A model generated the notes under the pieces. That model ran no database searches. It was not told where the DNA came from and saw only the letters and a list, made by a program, of their open reading frames with translations. Both the position numbers and the translations under genes were made by a program. 64,000 nt of DNA from an uncultured Pelagibacteraceae bacterium (lineage in GTDB: Bacteria; Pseudomonadota; Alphaproteobacteria; Pelagibacterales; Pelagibacteraceae), in assembly GCA_902631265.1 (NCBI GenBank), contig CACOXX010000004.1:677-64676 (forward strand). Reading direction: 5' to 3'. Positions 41,493 to 52,891 of this stretch are shown piece after piece (within the stretch, counting starts at the first letter, position 1; each line of letters opens with the position of its first letter).

Positions 41493-42080
41493 ATGAATTA
41501 TAGTTTTGAATACCTTGATATTATTTTATTAGCAATGATAGCGGGATTTATTTTTCTTAGATTAAGAGGAATCTTAGGTAAAAGATCAGGTTATGAAGAT
41601 GATATTTCAAATAGCTTTCCACATGAAATGCCAGAGATAAAGTCTGCAGAAAAACCAAATTACAAAAATTTTGATGAGAGTGCCAAAAAAGATTTTATTG
41701 AAGGGGCAAAAGTTGCTTATGAAACTATAATCACAAATTTTTCAAAAGGATCAATAAAAGAGATTAAAAACTTATTAGATAGAAAGGTTTTAAATCAATT
41801 TCAGGAAGCTATTTCTAATAGAGAAAAAAATGGGATAAAGTCGGAGACAACTTTTATTGGAATAAACTCGGCAGAAATTAAAAACCACGAGCAAAAAGGC
41901 AATGTACTTGAAGTTACAGTAGATTTTATAAGCGAAATCATTTCATGCAATAGGGACAAAAATTCTAAGATTCTTACAGGTGACCCGGAGAAAGTTAAAA
42001 AAGTTTATGATACTTGGAGATTCTCGAGAAACTTAAATTCTAATGATCCTAATTGGGTACTAGTTGAGACTAATATTTAA
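41493..42080 (+). CDS. Tim44/TimA family protein
   Basis: FLRLRGILGKRSG, FIEGAKVAYE, DTWRFSR...PNWVL. Confidence 0.92.
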   Translation: MNYSFEYLDIILLAMIAGFIFLRLRGILGKRSGYEDDISNSFPHEMPEIKSAEKPNYKNFDESAKKDFIEGAKVAYETIITNFSKGSIKEIKNLLDRKVLNQFQEAISNREKNGIKSETTFIGINSAEIKNHEQKGNVLEVTVDFISEIISCNRDKNSKILTGDPEKVKKVYDTWRFSRNLNSNDPNWVLVETNI

Positions 42081-42083
42081 TAA

Positions 42084-42506
42084 TTGAACAAAAAACTATC
42101 AGATAAAGATCTTAAGGACTGGAATAAATTTATAAAAAGTAAAGACAAGATAAATCCTAAAGATGAATTAAAAGAGTCTTCAATAAGCAAAAATAAATCT
42201 ACATTCGTTATAGATTTACATGGCTATGGTCTGGAACAAGCAAATAAATTTGTTGAAAAAACTATTAATGAATGTTTCGAGAAACAATTTTCAATAGTAA
42301 ATATTATTACTGGAAAAGGAATGAGATCTAAATCTGCTGAAGATCCTTACAAATCATCCGAATTAAGCATACTAAAGCACTCTATACCTGAATTTATTAA
42401 TTCCAATTCTGAACTTATGAAAAAGATTAAAAACATTGATAGTACTGGTGAAAAGAATTTAGGCTCTTTTAATGTTTATTTAAAATCAAAGAATAAATTT
42501 AGATAA
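42084..42506 (+). CDS. Smr/MutS2 domain protein (TTG start)
   Basis: IDLHGY, IITGKG. Confidence 0.85.
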   Translation: MNKKLSDKDLKDWNKFIKSKDKINPKDELKESSISKNKSTFVIDLHGYGLEQANKFVEKTINECFEKQFSIVNIITGKGMRSKSAEDPYKSSELSILKHSIPEFINSNSELMKKIKNIDSTGEKNLGSFNVYLKSKNKFR

Positions 42507-43850
42507 ATCGTTATCTTTTACTAATTGTCCAAGATTCTCTTTTACATATTTTGAATCAATTACTATTTTTTCACCTGATCTGTCTGTTGCTGTGAAACTA
42601 ATTTCATCCAAAACTCTTTCAATTATAGTGTGAAGTCTTCTCGCACCAATATTTTCGACGGATGAGTTTACTTCGCTTGCTAGATTAGCAATAGTATCAA
42701 TTCCATCCTCTGAGAATTCTAAATCAACATTTTCAGTTTTTAATAATGCCTTATACTGTTTAATTAAACTGTTATCTGGCTCTTTTAAAATCCTTTTAAA
42801 GTCGGAACTATTTAATGCATCAAGCTCAACTCTTATTGGTAATCTTCCTTGTAATTCTGGAAGCAAATCAGATGGTTTTGCCAATTGGAATGCTCCTGAA
42901 GCTATAAATAATATATGATCTGTTTTTACTGGTCCATACTTTGTGCTCACAGTCGTCCCTTCTATCAAAGGCAACAAATCTCTCTGTACCCCTTCTCTTG
43001 ACACGTCTCCACCAACTCTATCAGTTCTTGCAGAAATTTTGTCAATTTCGTCTAAGAAAACAATTCCATTATTTTCAGTTACATTTTTTGCAGATTTAAT
43101 AATTTTATCTTGTTCAATAAGTTTATCAGCTTCTTCATTTAATAAGATTTCATGAGACTCTTTTACAGTCATTTTTTTCTTTTTTGATTTGTTGCCCATT
43201 GATTTACCGAGCATGTCACCAATATTAATCATTCCAATATTTGCTCCAGGCATTCCTGGTATTTCAAAGCTTGGCATGTTTCCACTTTCATTAACTGGAA
43301 CTTCAATTTCATTATCGTCCAAGTCTCCGTTTCTAAGTCTCTTTCTGAAACTTTCTCGTGTTGCTACACTTGCTTTGTTTCCTACCAGAGCATCTAAAAC
43401 TCTTTCTTCGGCAAGTTTTTGCGCTTTTGCATGAACTTCTTTTCTCTTTTTAACTTTTTCCATTGCTATAGCAATTTCAAGTAAGTCTCTTATGATTTGT
43501 TCTACGTCTCTTCCTACATAACCAACCTCTGTAAATCTTGTGGCTTCAACTTTTACAAATGGGGCTTCTGCTAATTTTGATAGTCTTCTTGATATTTCAG
43601 TTTTACCAACACCTGTTGGTCCAATCATTAATATATTTTTAGGTAGAACCTCATCTCTCATTTCACCTTTTAAAGCTTGTCTTCTCCATCTATTTCTAAG
43701 AGCAATAGCAACAGCTCTCTTGGCTTTGTTTTGCCCTACAACGTATCTGTCTAATTCAGATACAATTTCTCTCGGTGAAAGAGAGTCTATGTGACTCTTT
43801 TTTTCCTCAGAATTTTTTTTTGGAAATGATTTAATATTTGATTTTTCCAT
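42486..43850 (-). CDS. hslU: ATP-dependent protease ATPase subunit HslU
   Basis: [30 protein letters not shown]. Confidence 0.98.
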   Translation of the reverse strand: MEKSNIKSFPKKNSEEKKSHIDSLSPREIVSELDRYVVGQNKAKRAVAIALRNRWRRQALKGEMRDEVLPKNILMIGPTGVGKTEISRRLSKLAEAPFVKVEATRFTEVGYVGRDVEQIIRDLLEIAIAMEKVKKRKEVHAKAQKLAEERVLDALVGNKASVATRESFRKRLRNGDLDDNEIEVPVNESGNMPSFEIPGMPGANIGMINIGDMLGKSMGNKSKKKKMTVKESHEILLNEEADKLIEQDKIIKSAKNVTENNGIVFLDEIDKISARTDRVGGDVSREGVQRDLLPLIEGTTVSTKYGPVKTDHILFIASGAFQLAKPSDLLPELQGRLPIRVELDALNSSDFKRILKEPDNSLIKQYKALLKTENVDLEFSEDGIDTIANLASEVNSSVENIGARRLHTIIERVLDEISFTATDRSGEKIVIDSKYVKENLGQLVKDNDLSKFIL

Positions 43851-44365
43851 TATATTTTCTCAACTCTAATATTATCATTTGTAAAAACACAAATATCAGC
43901 TGCTACTTTAATTGCTTTTTTCGCAACTTCTTCAGCATTTAACTCCGTATCCATTAAAACTTTTGCAGCTGCTAGAGCGTAGTTTCCACCTGATCCAATT
44001 CCAATAACATCTCCTTCAGGTTCTAAAACGTCTCCAGTTCCCGAAATTATAAAACTTTTTTCTTTATCACCAATTGCCATTAACGCTTCAAGACGTCTTA
44101 AATATTTATCAGTTCTCCAATCCTTAGCAAGTTCGACTGCTGCACGTGTTAAATTTCCAGCATGTTTTTCAAGTTTGGCCTCTAATCTTTCAAAAAGTGT
44201 TAGCGCATCTGCCGTTGAACCTGCAAAACCTGCAATCACATTTCGTTTCTCTATTTTACGAACTTTGTTAGCATTGCTTTTAATTACAGTATTTCCCATA
44301 CTGACCTGGCCATCGCTTGCCACAACTACGTCATTTTTTTTTCTTACTAATACAATTGTTGTCAT
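43850..44365 (-). CDS. hslV: ATP-dependent protease subunit HslV
   Basis: N-terminal TTI nucleophile, [17 protein letters not shown]. Confidence 0.98.
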   Translation of the reverse strand: MTTIVLVRKKNDVVVASDGQVSMGNTVIKSNANKVRKIEKRNVIAGFAGSTADALTLFERLEAKLEKHAGNLTRAAVELAKDWRTDKYLRRLEALMAIGDKEKSFIISGTGDVLEPEGDVIGIGSGGNYALAAAKVLMDTELNAEEVAKKAIKVAADICVFTNDNIRVEKI

Positions 44366-44372
44366 GAGATAT

Positions 44373-44400
44373 AGATGGATATGAATTTCTATTCTTCAAG
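44373..44400 (-). promoter_or_regulatory. Putative RpoH promoter of hslVU
   Basis: Minus strand CTTGAA-N14-ATCCATCT, similar to sigma32 CTTGAA-N13/14-CCCCATNT; ends 7 nt before the hslV ATG, suggesting a nearly leaderless mRNA. Confidence 0.5.
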
Positions 44401-44454
44401 TGGTAAATTAGTTTTGTTGATATGACCAAATAATACAGATATACGTAGGTATAT

Positions 44455-45045
44455 ATGAAGCGAAAAGCATCAATAACAAGAAAAACAAAAGAGACAAAAA
44501 TTGACGTTGAGTTAAACATAGACGGCAAAGGTCAGTACAAAATAGATACCGGCATAGGTTTTCTTGATCATATGCTTGAACAACTTTCTAAACATTCATC
44601 AATTGATTTAAAGGTAAAAGCTAAAGGCGACACACACATAGATCTTCACCACACAACAGAAGATACTGGAATTGCTATTGGTGAATGTCTTAAAAAAGCA
44701 TCAAAAAAATTCATTGGAATTAAAAGATATGCTCACGCAATGATACCAATGGATGAAACTTTAACTAGAGTTGCATTAGACGTTTCAAACAGACCCTATT
44801 TAATCTGGAAAGTAGATTTAAAAGTAGAAAAACTTGGAGAAATGGATACGGAACTATTCAAAGAATGGTTTCAAGCTTTTTCACAATCTGCAGGAATTAC
44901 ATTGCATATTGAGAATTTATATGGAGACAATAGTCACCATAAAGTAGAGTCATGTTTTAAAGGTTTAGCAAGATCGCTTAGAGCTGCATTAGAAATAGAT
45001 CCAAAAAACAAAAAAGTCGTGCCATCTACTAAGGGCTCTTTATAA
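44455..45045 (+). CDS. hisB: Imidazoleglycerol-phosphate dehydratase
   Basis: [32 protein letters not shown]. Confidence 0.97.
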   Translation: MKRKASITRKTKETKIDVELNIDGKGQYKIDTGIGFLDHMLEQLSKHSSIDLKVKAKGDTHIDLHHTTEDTGIAIGECLKKASKKFIGIKRYAHAMIPMDETLTRVALDVSNRPYLIWKVDLKVEKLGEMDTELFKEWFQAFSQSAGITLHIENLYGDNSHHKVESCFKGLARSLRAALEIDPKNKKVVPSTKGSL

Positions 45046-45051
45046 AAATTA

Positions 45052-45678
45052 ATGAATGTAACAATTGTTGATTACAAATCAGGGAACATTAGCTCTGTTA
45101 TTAACTCATTTAAAGAGGTAGCCCAAAATAAAGTTAAAATTGAGGTAACTTCTGATGTGAGCAAAATTAAATCCACTGACAAAGTTGTCTTACCAGGCCA
45201 GGGATCATTTAAAAGTTGTGTGGATGCATTACAATCTATTGATGGACTTGTGGATTTTTTAAATGATTTTGCAATGAATAAGAAAAAACCTCTTCTTGGA
45301 ATATGTGTTGGATTACAAATGTTCGCTGATGTTGGGTATGAAGAGTCAGAAACAAAAGGATTAGGTTGGATCCCAGGGAAAGTGACAAAAATAGATAATC
45401 AAAATGGCAAATTTAAACTTCCCCATATCGGATGGAACCAAATAAACATAGTCAGAGATAGTAAAATTTTTAAAGATATAAATGATAAGACACATATGTA
45501 CTTTGTTCACAGTTATGAGTTTGTCCCAAATGACAAAAATTGTATCTCAGCAACAACTGACTATTCATCAAAGCATGTTTGTGCTGTTGAAAAGGAAAAT
45601 ATCTTTGGTACTCAATTCCATCCAGAAAAGAGTGATAAATTAGGTCTTAAAATGATTAATAACTTTCTAGACTTGTAA
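45052..45678 (+). CDS. hisH: Imidazole glycerol phosphate synthase, glutaminase subunit
   Basis: LPGQG, GICVGLQ, PHIGWN, YFVHSY, QFHPEKS. Confidence 0.97.
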   Translation: MNVTIVDYKSGNISSVINSFKEVAQNKVKIEVTSDVSKIKSTDKVVLPGQGSFKSCVDALQSIDGLVDFLNDFAMNKKKPLLGICVGLQMFADVGYEESETKGLGWIPGKVTKIDNQNGKFKLPHIGWNQINIVRDSKIFKDINDKTHMYFVHSYEFVPNDKNCISATTDYSSKHVCAVEKENIFGTQFHPEKSDKLGLKMINNFLDL

Positions 45679-46539
45679 ATGAAAAACATAGATTTAAAAT
45701 TTCTAGGAGGAAAAGATGTGTCGTTTGTAATTAAAAAAGCAGATGAATTATTTAAAGAAAACCTTGAAGGAAAAATTCATGCACATAAATTATATAGTTT
45801 ATTACTTGAACAAATACCCAATATTTATGAAAAAAAAAAGGAACGTATCTTCAGGGGCCACTTAAGACAAAAAATTTGGAATTGCGAAAAAACTTTTTTT
45901 TGGAATGAAAAATATCCATCGCAAGCAGGCCAAGATAAAATAATTAATGAATTTTTTTTTAGATCGAAAAATAAGGGATATTTTATTGATATTGGAGCTT
46001 ACGATGGAGTTATGGGAAGTAATAGTTTACATTTTGAAAGATTTTTAAAATGGGATGGTATTGCAATCGAACCATCCACGATCCAATTTGAAAAATTAAA
46101 AAAAAATAGAAATTGTAAAACTATAAACAAAGCAATTAGTTCAACTACAAAAGAGGTTGAATTCGTGGATGTTATTGAAGGTTTAACACAAATGAGTGGT
46201 ATAAAAAACGAAATTTATCAAAAATATAACTCAACGATAATATCAAAAGACCGCGGTAGTGAGACAAAAATAGTGAAAATTTTAACAACAACTTTTAGTG
46301 AAATTGTATCTTCAGATATTGAAATAGATTATTTATCAATTGATATTGAGGGATCCGAATTTGATTTATTAGAGTCAATTGATTTTGATAAGTATAAAAT
46401 TAAAGTTATTTCGGTAGAAAATAATTTACCTGATGATCAAGATTTTCAAGTTTTTTTTAATAAGAAAAATTTTAAATACTTTGATAGAGTAGGTCAGGAT
46501 GAAATCTTTTATAATAAAAATTACATTAAGATTGACTAA
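45679..46539 (+). CDS. FkbM family SAM-dependent methyltransferase
   Basis: SQAGQD, FIDIGAYDG..GSNS, WDGIAIEP, IDYLSIDIEGSE. Confidence 0.88.
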   Translation: MKNIDLKFLGGKDVSFVIKKADELFKENLEGKIHAHKLYSLLLEQIPNIYEKKKERIFRGHLRQKIWNCEKTFFWNEKYPSQAGQDKIINEFFFRSKNKGYFIDIGAYDGVMGSNSLHFERFLKWDGIAIEPSTIQFEKLKKNRNCKTINKAISSTTKEVEFVDVIEGLTQMSGIKNEIYQKYNSTIISKDRGSETKIVKILTTTFSEIVSSDIEIDYLSIDIEGSEFDLLESIDFDKYKIKVISVENNLPDDQDFQVFFNKKNFKYFDRVGQDEIFYNKNYIKID

Positions 46540-47256
46540 ATGAAAATATTTCCAGCAATTGATATAAAAGATAAAAAGTGTGTAAGATTAATTAAAGGTG
46601 ATTTTAGTCAAAAAACAGAATATCAAATGTCACCAGTCGAACAGGCAACACAATTTATTGATAAAGGGTTTAAAAATTTACACATTATTGATCTTGATGG
46701 AGCCTTAGTGGGAGAAACAGTCAATCTTGATATTATTAAGGAGATCGTGAGTAAATTTGATTTTAAAGTAGAAGTAGGTGGGGGCGTGAGAGATTTTGAT
46801 AGTATTCAAGAATATGCTGATATAGGTGTAGATAAGGTAATCTTAGGAAGTGCAGCCATTAAAGATAAAAATTTTTTAAAAAAGGCTTGTAAGAAATTTC
46901 CAAAAAAAATTGCATTGGGTTTGGATGCAAAAGATGGAAAACTCTCGTTATCAGGTTGGAAAGAAAGTTCAGGTATTTCAACTTTAGATTTTTTAACTGA
47001 AGTAAATGACTACGGTATTAGTAGATTAATTTTTACTGATATTAATAAAGATGGTACAAAAGAAAGTCCGAATTTTGAAGAAACACTAAAAGTTGCTGAA
47101 ATTTCAAATTGCCCTGTATTAATTTCTGGCGGGGTATCATCAATAGAGGATATCAAAAAAGCTAAGACATTAAAAAATATTGAAGGTGTTATAGTCGGCA
47201 AAGCAATATACGATGGTGATATTAAACTAGAGGATCTGGCTAAAGAAGATGCTTAA
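46540..47256 (+). CDS. hisA: ProFAR isomerase
   Basis: [36 protein letters not shown]. Confidence 0.97.
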   Translation: MKIFPAIDIKDKKCVRLIKGDFSQKTEYQMSPVEQATQFIDKGFKNLHIIDLDGALVGETVNLDIIKEIVSKFDFKVEVGGGVRDFDSIQEYADIGVDKVILGSAAIKDKNFLKKACKKFPKKIALGLDAKDGKLSLSGWKESSGISTLDFLTEVNDYGISRLIFTDINKDGTKESPNFEETLKVAEISNCPVLISGGVSSIEDIKKAKTLKNIEGVIVGKAIYDGDIKLEDLAKEDA

Positions 47257-48004
47257 AAATAGAATTATACCCTGCTTAGACGTTAAAAATGGTCGCGTAG
47301 TTAAAGGTATAAACTTTGTTGATCTGAAAGATGCCGGAGACCCTGTTGAGCAAGCAAAAGTTTATAGTAATGGTGGTGCAGATGAAATTTGTTTTTTAGA
47401 TATTACCGCTTCAAATGAGAATAGAGATACTATTTACGAGGTTGTTGAGAAGACATCAAAGAAATGTTTTGTGCCTTTAACAGTAGGTGGTGGCGTTAGA
47501 AGCGTTGGTGATATCAATAAATTACTAAACTGCGGAGCTGATAAAGTTTCAATTAATACTGCGGCAGTAGAAAATTCCAAAGTCGTGGTCGATAGTTCTA
47601 AAAAATTTGGTTCACAATGTATTGTTGTTGCAATAGATGCAAAAAAAAATGGAGATAAATGGGAAGTTTTTACTCATGGAGGAAGAAACAACAGTGGAAT
47701 TGATGCGTTGGAATATGCAAAAAAAATGGAAGATTGTGGAGCTGGAGAGTTGTTAGTTACTTCAATGGATAGAGATGGAACACAGGTTGGTTACGATATT
47801 GAGTTAATGTCTAAAATTTCTTCCAAGGTAAATATTCCTTTAATTGCATCTGGTGGTGTTGGAAATCTTGATCACTTAGTAGAGGGCATAAAATCAGGTA
47901 AAGCTAGTGCAGTTCTTGCAGCATCAATATTTCATTATGGAAAATACTCAGTGAAGGAAGCAAAGCAATATTTGGAGTCTAAAGGAATTCCTGTTAGAAC
48001 TTAA
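47249..48004 (+). CDS. hisF: Imidazole glycerol phosphate synthase, cyclase subunit
   Basis: [33 protein letters not shown]. Confidence 0.98.
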   Translation: MLKNRIIPCLDVKNGRVVKGINFVDLKDAGDPVEQAKVYSNGGADEICFLDITASNENRDTIYEVVEKTSKKCFVPLTVGGGVRSVGDINKLLNCGADKVSINTAAVENSKVVVDSSKKFGSQCIVVAIDAKKNGDKWEVFTHGGRNNSGIDALEYAKKMEDCGAGELLVTSMDRDGTQVGYDIELMSKISSKVNIPLIASGGVGNLDHLVEGIKSGKASAVLAASIFHYGKYSVKEAKQYLESKGIPVRT

Positions 48005-48005
48005 C

Positions 48006-48278
48006 ATGCTAAAAACTCTGGAAGATATAATTTTAATGGTAAGAGAAAGGAAGACTAAACCTCAAAGCGAATCTTATACAAATAAATTATTAGCTAACAA
48101 AGAATTGTCAGTAGAAAAAGTGAAAGAGGAAGTTAAAGAATTAATCGAGGCTGTGGAAAATAATACAAATAAAGTTCATGAGACAGCCGATGTATTGTAT
48201 CATCTAATTGTGTATCTCGAAGCAAATAACGTCAAAATAGAAGATGTTATGAAAGAACTAGATAAAAGAAAAAAATGA
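48006..48278 (+). CDS. hisE: Phosphoribosyl-ATP pyrophosphatase
   Basis: SYTNKLL, KVKEEVKE, ETADVLYHL; follows hisF. Confidence 0.92.
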   Translation: MLKTLEDIILMVRERKTKPQSESYTNKLLANKELSVEKVKEEVKELIEAVENNTNKVHETADVLYHLIVYLEANNVKIEDVMKELDKRKK

Positions 48279-48640
48279 GCTACGACGACAATAACATTTT
48301 TGCAAAAATTCTCAGAGGTGAGATACCATGCAAAAAAATCTATGAGGACGAATTTGTTTTATCTTTTCATGATATAAATCCACAAAAAAAAGTTCATGCT
48401 TTGGTAATTCCAAAAGGCAAATATGTAAATTTAGAAGATTTTACTTCTAAAGCCACTTCTGAGGAAATTGTAGGTTTAATGAAAGGCATTTCAACTGTTG
48501 CAAAAAAGATTGGTATATCAAGTATAGACAATGGTGGATTTAGGACTTTATCAAACGTAGGGGAAAATGGTGGCCAAGAGGTACCTCATTTGCACTTTCA
48601 TTTATTTGGTGGCGAAAAAGTAGGGAGAATGGTTCAATGA
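48275..48640 (+). CDS. Histidine triad (HIT) nucleotide-binding protein
   Basis: YDDNNIFAKILRGEIP, GQEVPHLHFH. Confidence 0.95.
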   Translation: MSYDDNNIFAKILRGEIPCKKIYEDEFVLSFHDINPQKKVHALVIPKGKYVNLEDFTSKATSEEIVGLMKGISTVAKKIGISSIDNGGFRTLSNVGENGGQEVPHLHFHLFGGEKVGRMVQ

Positions 48641-49146
48641 TTATTAGTGTTAAAAGGAATTTTTTAGAATTAAAAAATATAAATGAACTTATTAAAAAGA
48701 GTAAACCAGATGACAATTATTCTATCGAAAAAACGAAACCAGATTTTCAACTAAATAAGTTTTTTTACAAACAAATCGGTAAGAAATATAGATGGACTGA
48801 TAGATTGATTTGGACTGATCTTCAGTGGTCTAATTATGTTTCTAATAAAAATCTTGAAACTTACGTAATCAAGAATTATAAAGATCTAGTTGGATATTTT
48901 GAACTGATACATCACCCAGAAAAAAATGAGACAGAGCTTGCATATTTAGGTTTGTTTGAAGATTATTTTGGTAAGGGAGTTGGGGGCTATGCTTTAACTA
49001 CTGCGATCATAAAATCATTTGAAAAAAAAATTAAAAGAATGTGGGTTCACACTTGCACACTAGATCATCCTAATGCGATAAAAAATTACTTAGCAAGGGG
49101 AATGAAAATTTTCAAAGAAGAAAATCTGGACATTAGAGCGAGTTAG
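48637..49146 (+). CDS. GNAT family N-acetyltransferase
   Basis: GYFEL, AYLGL...GKGVGG motif A, RMWVHTCTLDHPNA..NY..RG. Confidence 0.9.
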   Translation: MIISVKRNFLELKNINELIKKSKPDDNYSIEKTKPDFQLNKFFYKQIGKKYRWTDRLIWTDLQWSNYVSNKNLETYVIKNYKDLVGYFELIHHPEKNETELAYLGLFEDYFGKGVGGYALTTAIIKSFEKKIKRMWVHTCTLDHPNAIKNYLARGMKIFKEENLDIRAS

Positions 49147-49688
49147 TTATAAAGATTGAGATTAAAAATATTATCAGATAATTCTTGATTAATATTCTTA
49201 ACGATAATATTGGACCTTACTCTGTTGCCATACAAATCAATAGTCTCCCATCCTTTAATTAAGTAATTTTGTTTATCAAAAAAAATACTTAATTGATTAC
49301 TTTGATCATTAATTAATAGGAGGAAATTTTGTTCTTTTTCGACTACATTTCCCACGATTTTCGAGATTAAAAATTCTTTATTAAGAAAATATTTAAAGTA
49401 AGTATTTTCAGTTTTATAAGTATTCGCAAAATTTGAGCTTTTATTTTTGATTAAAAGTGTCTTTCCGTTAGATACGATTAACTTCCCAGTCTCATCGTAT
49501 TTGCACATCATTTTATTATTGAATGAAATAATACAGTTACCAGTTTCTTTTTTATCGTTAATTAGTTGTTCAAAATCAAATGTAAAATTTTCAATCTCAG
49601 AAATTTTTTTAATAATTTTAGGTTCTGTGTAAGCATGCTTTTGAGTGAATATAAAAAAAACGATTAAAATCAGAAAAATTGTTCTCAT
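49143..49688 (-). CDS. lolA: LolA-like outer-membrane lipoprotein carrier
   Basis: Signal peptide, FDFEQ, LIVSNGK, W...D.YGN; directly downstream of ftsK. Confidence 0.75.
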   Translation of the reverse strand: MRTIFLILIVFFIFTQKHAYTEPKIIKKISEIENFTFDFEQLINDKKETGNCIISFNNKMMCKYDETGKLIVSNGKTLLIKNKSSNFANTYKTENTYFKYFLNKEFLISKIVGNVVEKEQNFLLLINDQSNQLSIFFDKQNYLIKGWETIDLYGNRVRSNIIVKNINQELSDNIFNLNLYN

Positions 49689-51742
49689 TACAACAATTCT
49701 CTTTTGCCAACATGATTAGCTTTACTGACAATGCCTCTACTTTCCATAATATCTATTATTCTTGCAGCCCTATTGTAACCTATTTGAAGCTTTCTTTGCA
49801 AAAAGGAGGTTGATGCTTTTCCCTCAGATTTGACTATTTCAAGAGCTTTATTGTAAAGCTCATCATCTTGATCTGAGTCGTCAGATCCATCATCAGATGG
49901 ACTTTCAGAAGATAAATTTAAAATTTCATCAACATATTCTGGATCTCCTTGTGATTTAAGAAAAGAATTTATTTTTTCAATTTCATTATCCGAAACAAAT
50001 GGCGCATGGATTCTTGTAATTCGATTAGCAGAAGACATGAAAAGCATATCCCCTTTCCCTAATAATTGTTCAGCACCTTGTTCTCCAAGAATTGTTCTAC
50101 TGTCAATTTTTGAAGATACTTGAAAAGAAATACGAGTTGGAAAATTTGCTTTGATAGTACCTGTAATTACATCAACGCTAGGTCTTTGCGTTGCCATGAT
50201 TATATGAATGCCTGCGGCCCTTGCCATTTGAGAAAGTTTCTGAATACAATTTTCAATGTCCTTACTAGCAACCAACATAAGATCTGACATTTCATCTACT
50301 ATAACTACAATGTAAGGCATAGAAATTTTATGTTTAGCGTTGTAACTGTCAATATTTCTAACGCCAACTTTAGTCATTAATTTGTATCTATTTTCCATTT
50401 CTTTTACTACCCAACCCAAAACTGAGGCAGCTTTTTTTGCCTCAGTTATCACAGGACATAATAGATGGGGAATTCCTTCATATGTCGAAAGCTCTAACAT
50501 CTTAGGATCAATTAAAATGAACTTACAAATTTCTGGTTTGTGTCTGTATAGCAATGAAAGAATAATCGTATTTATACATACAGATTTACCAGAGCCGGTG
50601 GTACCAGCAATCAAAAGATGTGGCATTGAAGCTAAATCTCCAATCAATGGTTGACCAGAAATACTTTTACCAAGGGCTATCGGTAATTTTAAATCCTTAT
50701 TGTTAAATTTTGGACTAGATATTATTTCTCTTAACATAACATTGTCCCTAAATGAATTCGGAAGTTCAATACCGATTGTACTAGATCCTGGAATTGTAGA
50801 AATCCTCGCAGACTCAGAGCTTGTATTTCTCGCTATATCTTCCGACAGGTTTACGATTTTTGAGACTTTAACTCCCGCAGCAGGTTCAAACTCATTAAGA
50901 GTAACAACTGGACCCGTACTTATTTTTGTTATTTTTCCTTGTACACCAAAATCTAACAATACTTTTTCCAAAAAATCAGCATCAACTTTTTTTTCTTCTT
51001 TTGCATTTTTAACTTTCTTTTCTGGAACCTTAAGGAAATCAAGTGATGGAAGTTTAAAAGAACCTACCTTCTTAGGCTCAGAAATGGATTCACTGAGGTT
51101 AAAAGTTTCTTGAACAGTTTCTTTTTCTTTAAATTGTGAATCCTGACTTATAACTTGATCTTTAACTTGATCAACTTTTTTCTTTCTTATGAAAATTTTA
51201 ATCCAATAAGAATTTGGATTTAAACTCAATACAAATAAAAGAATAAAACTTATTAAAGAAAAATAATAAGTAATTTTATTATCCAAGAATTCAAGTTTTA
51301 AAAAAACTGACTCATTTAAAAAATTACCAACAAATCCACCATTTCCATTAATATAAAGAAAGTAGGGTGAAGTTAAAAAAACACTTAAAAAGAAAGTTCC
51401 AATTAAACAATAGCAAACTACCAAAAAAATATTATTTACAATAATACTCGGTGTCTTTTTAAAAAAAATATTAATTGCTGAAAAGATAATTGTTATAGGA
51501 ATGAAATAACTTATTAATCCAATCGATTGAAAAAAAAAGTCTGATATTATACTTCCATTAATTCCGAGCAAATTTTTAACTTTTTGTCCCTCAGAAAATA
51601 TAAAGTTTGGATCATCCGGTGTGTAAGTTACCACTGCCAAGGACAGTAAAATTGCTAACAGAAACAGCCCAATTGCAAAAATTTCAATTAAGCGATTAAA
51701 TATAAATGCTTTTAGATCGATATTCTTAATTTTTAAATTCAT
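49688..51742 (-). CDS. ftsK: DNA translocase FtsK
   Basis: N-terminal TM domain, PHLLIAGTTGSGKS, ATQRPSVDV, gamma domain LQRKLQIGYNRAA. Confidence 0.97.
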   Translation of the reverse strand: MNLKIKNIDLKAFIFNRLIEIFAIGLFLLAILLSLAVVTYTPDDPNFIFSEGQKVKNLLGINGSIISDFFFQSIGLISYFIPITIIFSAINIFFKKTPSIIVNNIFLVVCYCLIGTFFLSVFLTSPYFLYINGNGGFVGNFLNESVFLKLEFLDNKITYYFSLISFILLFVLSLNPNSYWIKIFIRKKKVDQVKDQVISQDSQFKEKETVQETFNLSESISEPKKVGSFKLPSLDFLKVPEKKVKNAKEEKKVDADFLEKVLLDFGVQGKITKISTGPVVTLNEFEPAAGVKVSKIVNLSEDIARNTSSESARISTIPGSSTIGIELPNSFRDNVMLREIISSPKFNNKDLKLPIALGKSISGQPLIGDLASMPHLLIAGTTGSGKSVCINTIILSLLYRHKPEICKFILIDPKMLELSTYEGIPHLLCPVITEAKKAASVLGWVVKEMENRYKLMTKVGVRNIDSYNAKHKISMPYIVVIVDEMSDLMLVASKDIENCIQKLSQMARAAGIHIIMATQRPSVDVITGTIKANFPTRISFQVSSKIDSRTILGEQGAEQLLGKGDMLFMSSANRITRIHAPFVSDNEIEKINSFLKSQGDPEYVDEILNLSSESPSDDGSDDSDQDDELYNKALEIVKSEGKASTSFLQRKLQIGYNRAARIIDIMESRGIVSKANHVGKRELL

Positions 51743-51802
51743 AAAGAATCAAATTTATCACTTTGTATCATTTAATATTTATTGTTAAAATTAAAAATAT
51801 TT

Positions 51803-52891
51803 ATGAAAATTTGCTTATTTGGAAAAAACTTAACGAACTTAATTTTATCTCAAGTTTTAATTAAAAAAGGGATATCAGTTCATATGTACCATCAAAAAAA
51901 AAATAAGTTAGCAAAAGTTAACTATAACAGGACTATTGGATTATCTTTTGAAAATATTAAGTTTTTGAAAAAGTACGATGTAGATGTTGAAAAAATTGGT
52001 CAAAAAATAAGTAAAATTTTTCTTTATAAAAATGATTCCAAAGAAACTTTTTTAAAGTTTGATAATAAAAATTCGCTTTTCTTTATAGTGAAAAATCAGT
52101 TATTGTTTAACCAAGTATATAAAACGTTAAAAAAAAGAAAAAATTTCAAAGAAAGTAATATCAAAAAGGATTCTGATTACTTTAAATTATTAAAGAAAAA
52201 AGATTTTCAATTTTTTGTAAATTCAGAAACAAATAACATTATTAATAAAAAATTCTTTTTTCAAAACATAAAAAAAGATTACAAAAGCACATCCTATATT
52301 TCCGTGATTGATCATCAAAAATTAAAAAATAATACATCAGTTCAGATTTTTACAAAAAGGGGTCCCTTAGCTTTCTTACCAATTTCTAATTCAAAAACTT
52401 CCCTAGTTTATTCGGTAACCGATAAGTTAGATATAAATGAAAATGAATTCAAAGAGCTTGTTAAAAAATATAATAAATTCTACAAAATCAAAAGATTTTA
52501 TAATGTTGATAAATTTAAGTTAAATTTCTTTTTATCAAAAAAATATACTTCTAAAAATATTTTATCATTTGGAGACAATCTTCATAAAGTCCACCCTTTA
52601 GCAGGACAGGGATTTAACATGACAGTAAGAGATATAAAATCTTTAACTGATCAAATTCAAAAAAATATGGATCTTGGTTTAGAGTTATCAACTGCTATCC
52701 TATCCTTTGAAAAAGAAAGAAAACATAATAATTTCTTTTTTGCATATGGAATTGATTTTCTTCACAATTTTTTTGAAAAAGAAAATAGATTTAAGATATT
52801 AGATAACAAAAAAATTTCAGAAACTTTAGATAATAGTTTCTTTTTAAAGAAAATCTCAGAGAAATTTGCAAATAAGGGGTTTAACTTTTAA
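51803..52891 (+). CDS. UbiH/UbiL-like FAD-dependent hydroxylase, divergent (probable start ATG 51803)
   Basis: GPLAFLP and FGDNLHKVHPLAGQGFN; divergent from ftsK, the usual ubiL position. Confidence 0.8.
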   Translation: MKICLFGKNLTNLILSQVLIKKGISVHMYHQKKNKLAKVNYNRTIGLSFENIKFLKKYDVDVEKIGQKISKIFLYKNDSKETFLKFDNKNSLFFIVKNQLLFNQVYKTLKKRKNFKESNIKKDSDYFKLLKKKDFQFFVNSETNNIINKKFFFQNIKKDYKSTSYISVIDHQKLKNNTSVQIFTKRGPLAFLPISNSKTSLVYSVTDKLDINENEFKELVKKYNKFYKIKRFYNVDKFKLNFFLSKKYTSKNILSFGDNLHKVHPLAGQGFNMTVRDIKSLTDQIQKNMDLGLELSTAILSFEKERKHNNFFFAYGIDFLHNFFEKENRFKILDNKKISETLDNSFFLKKISEKFANKGFNF

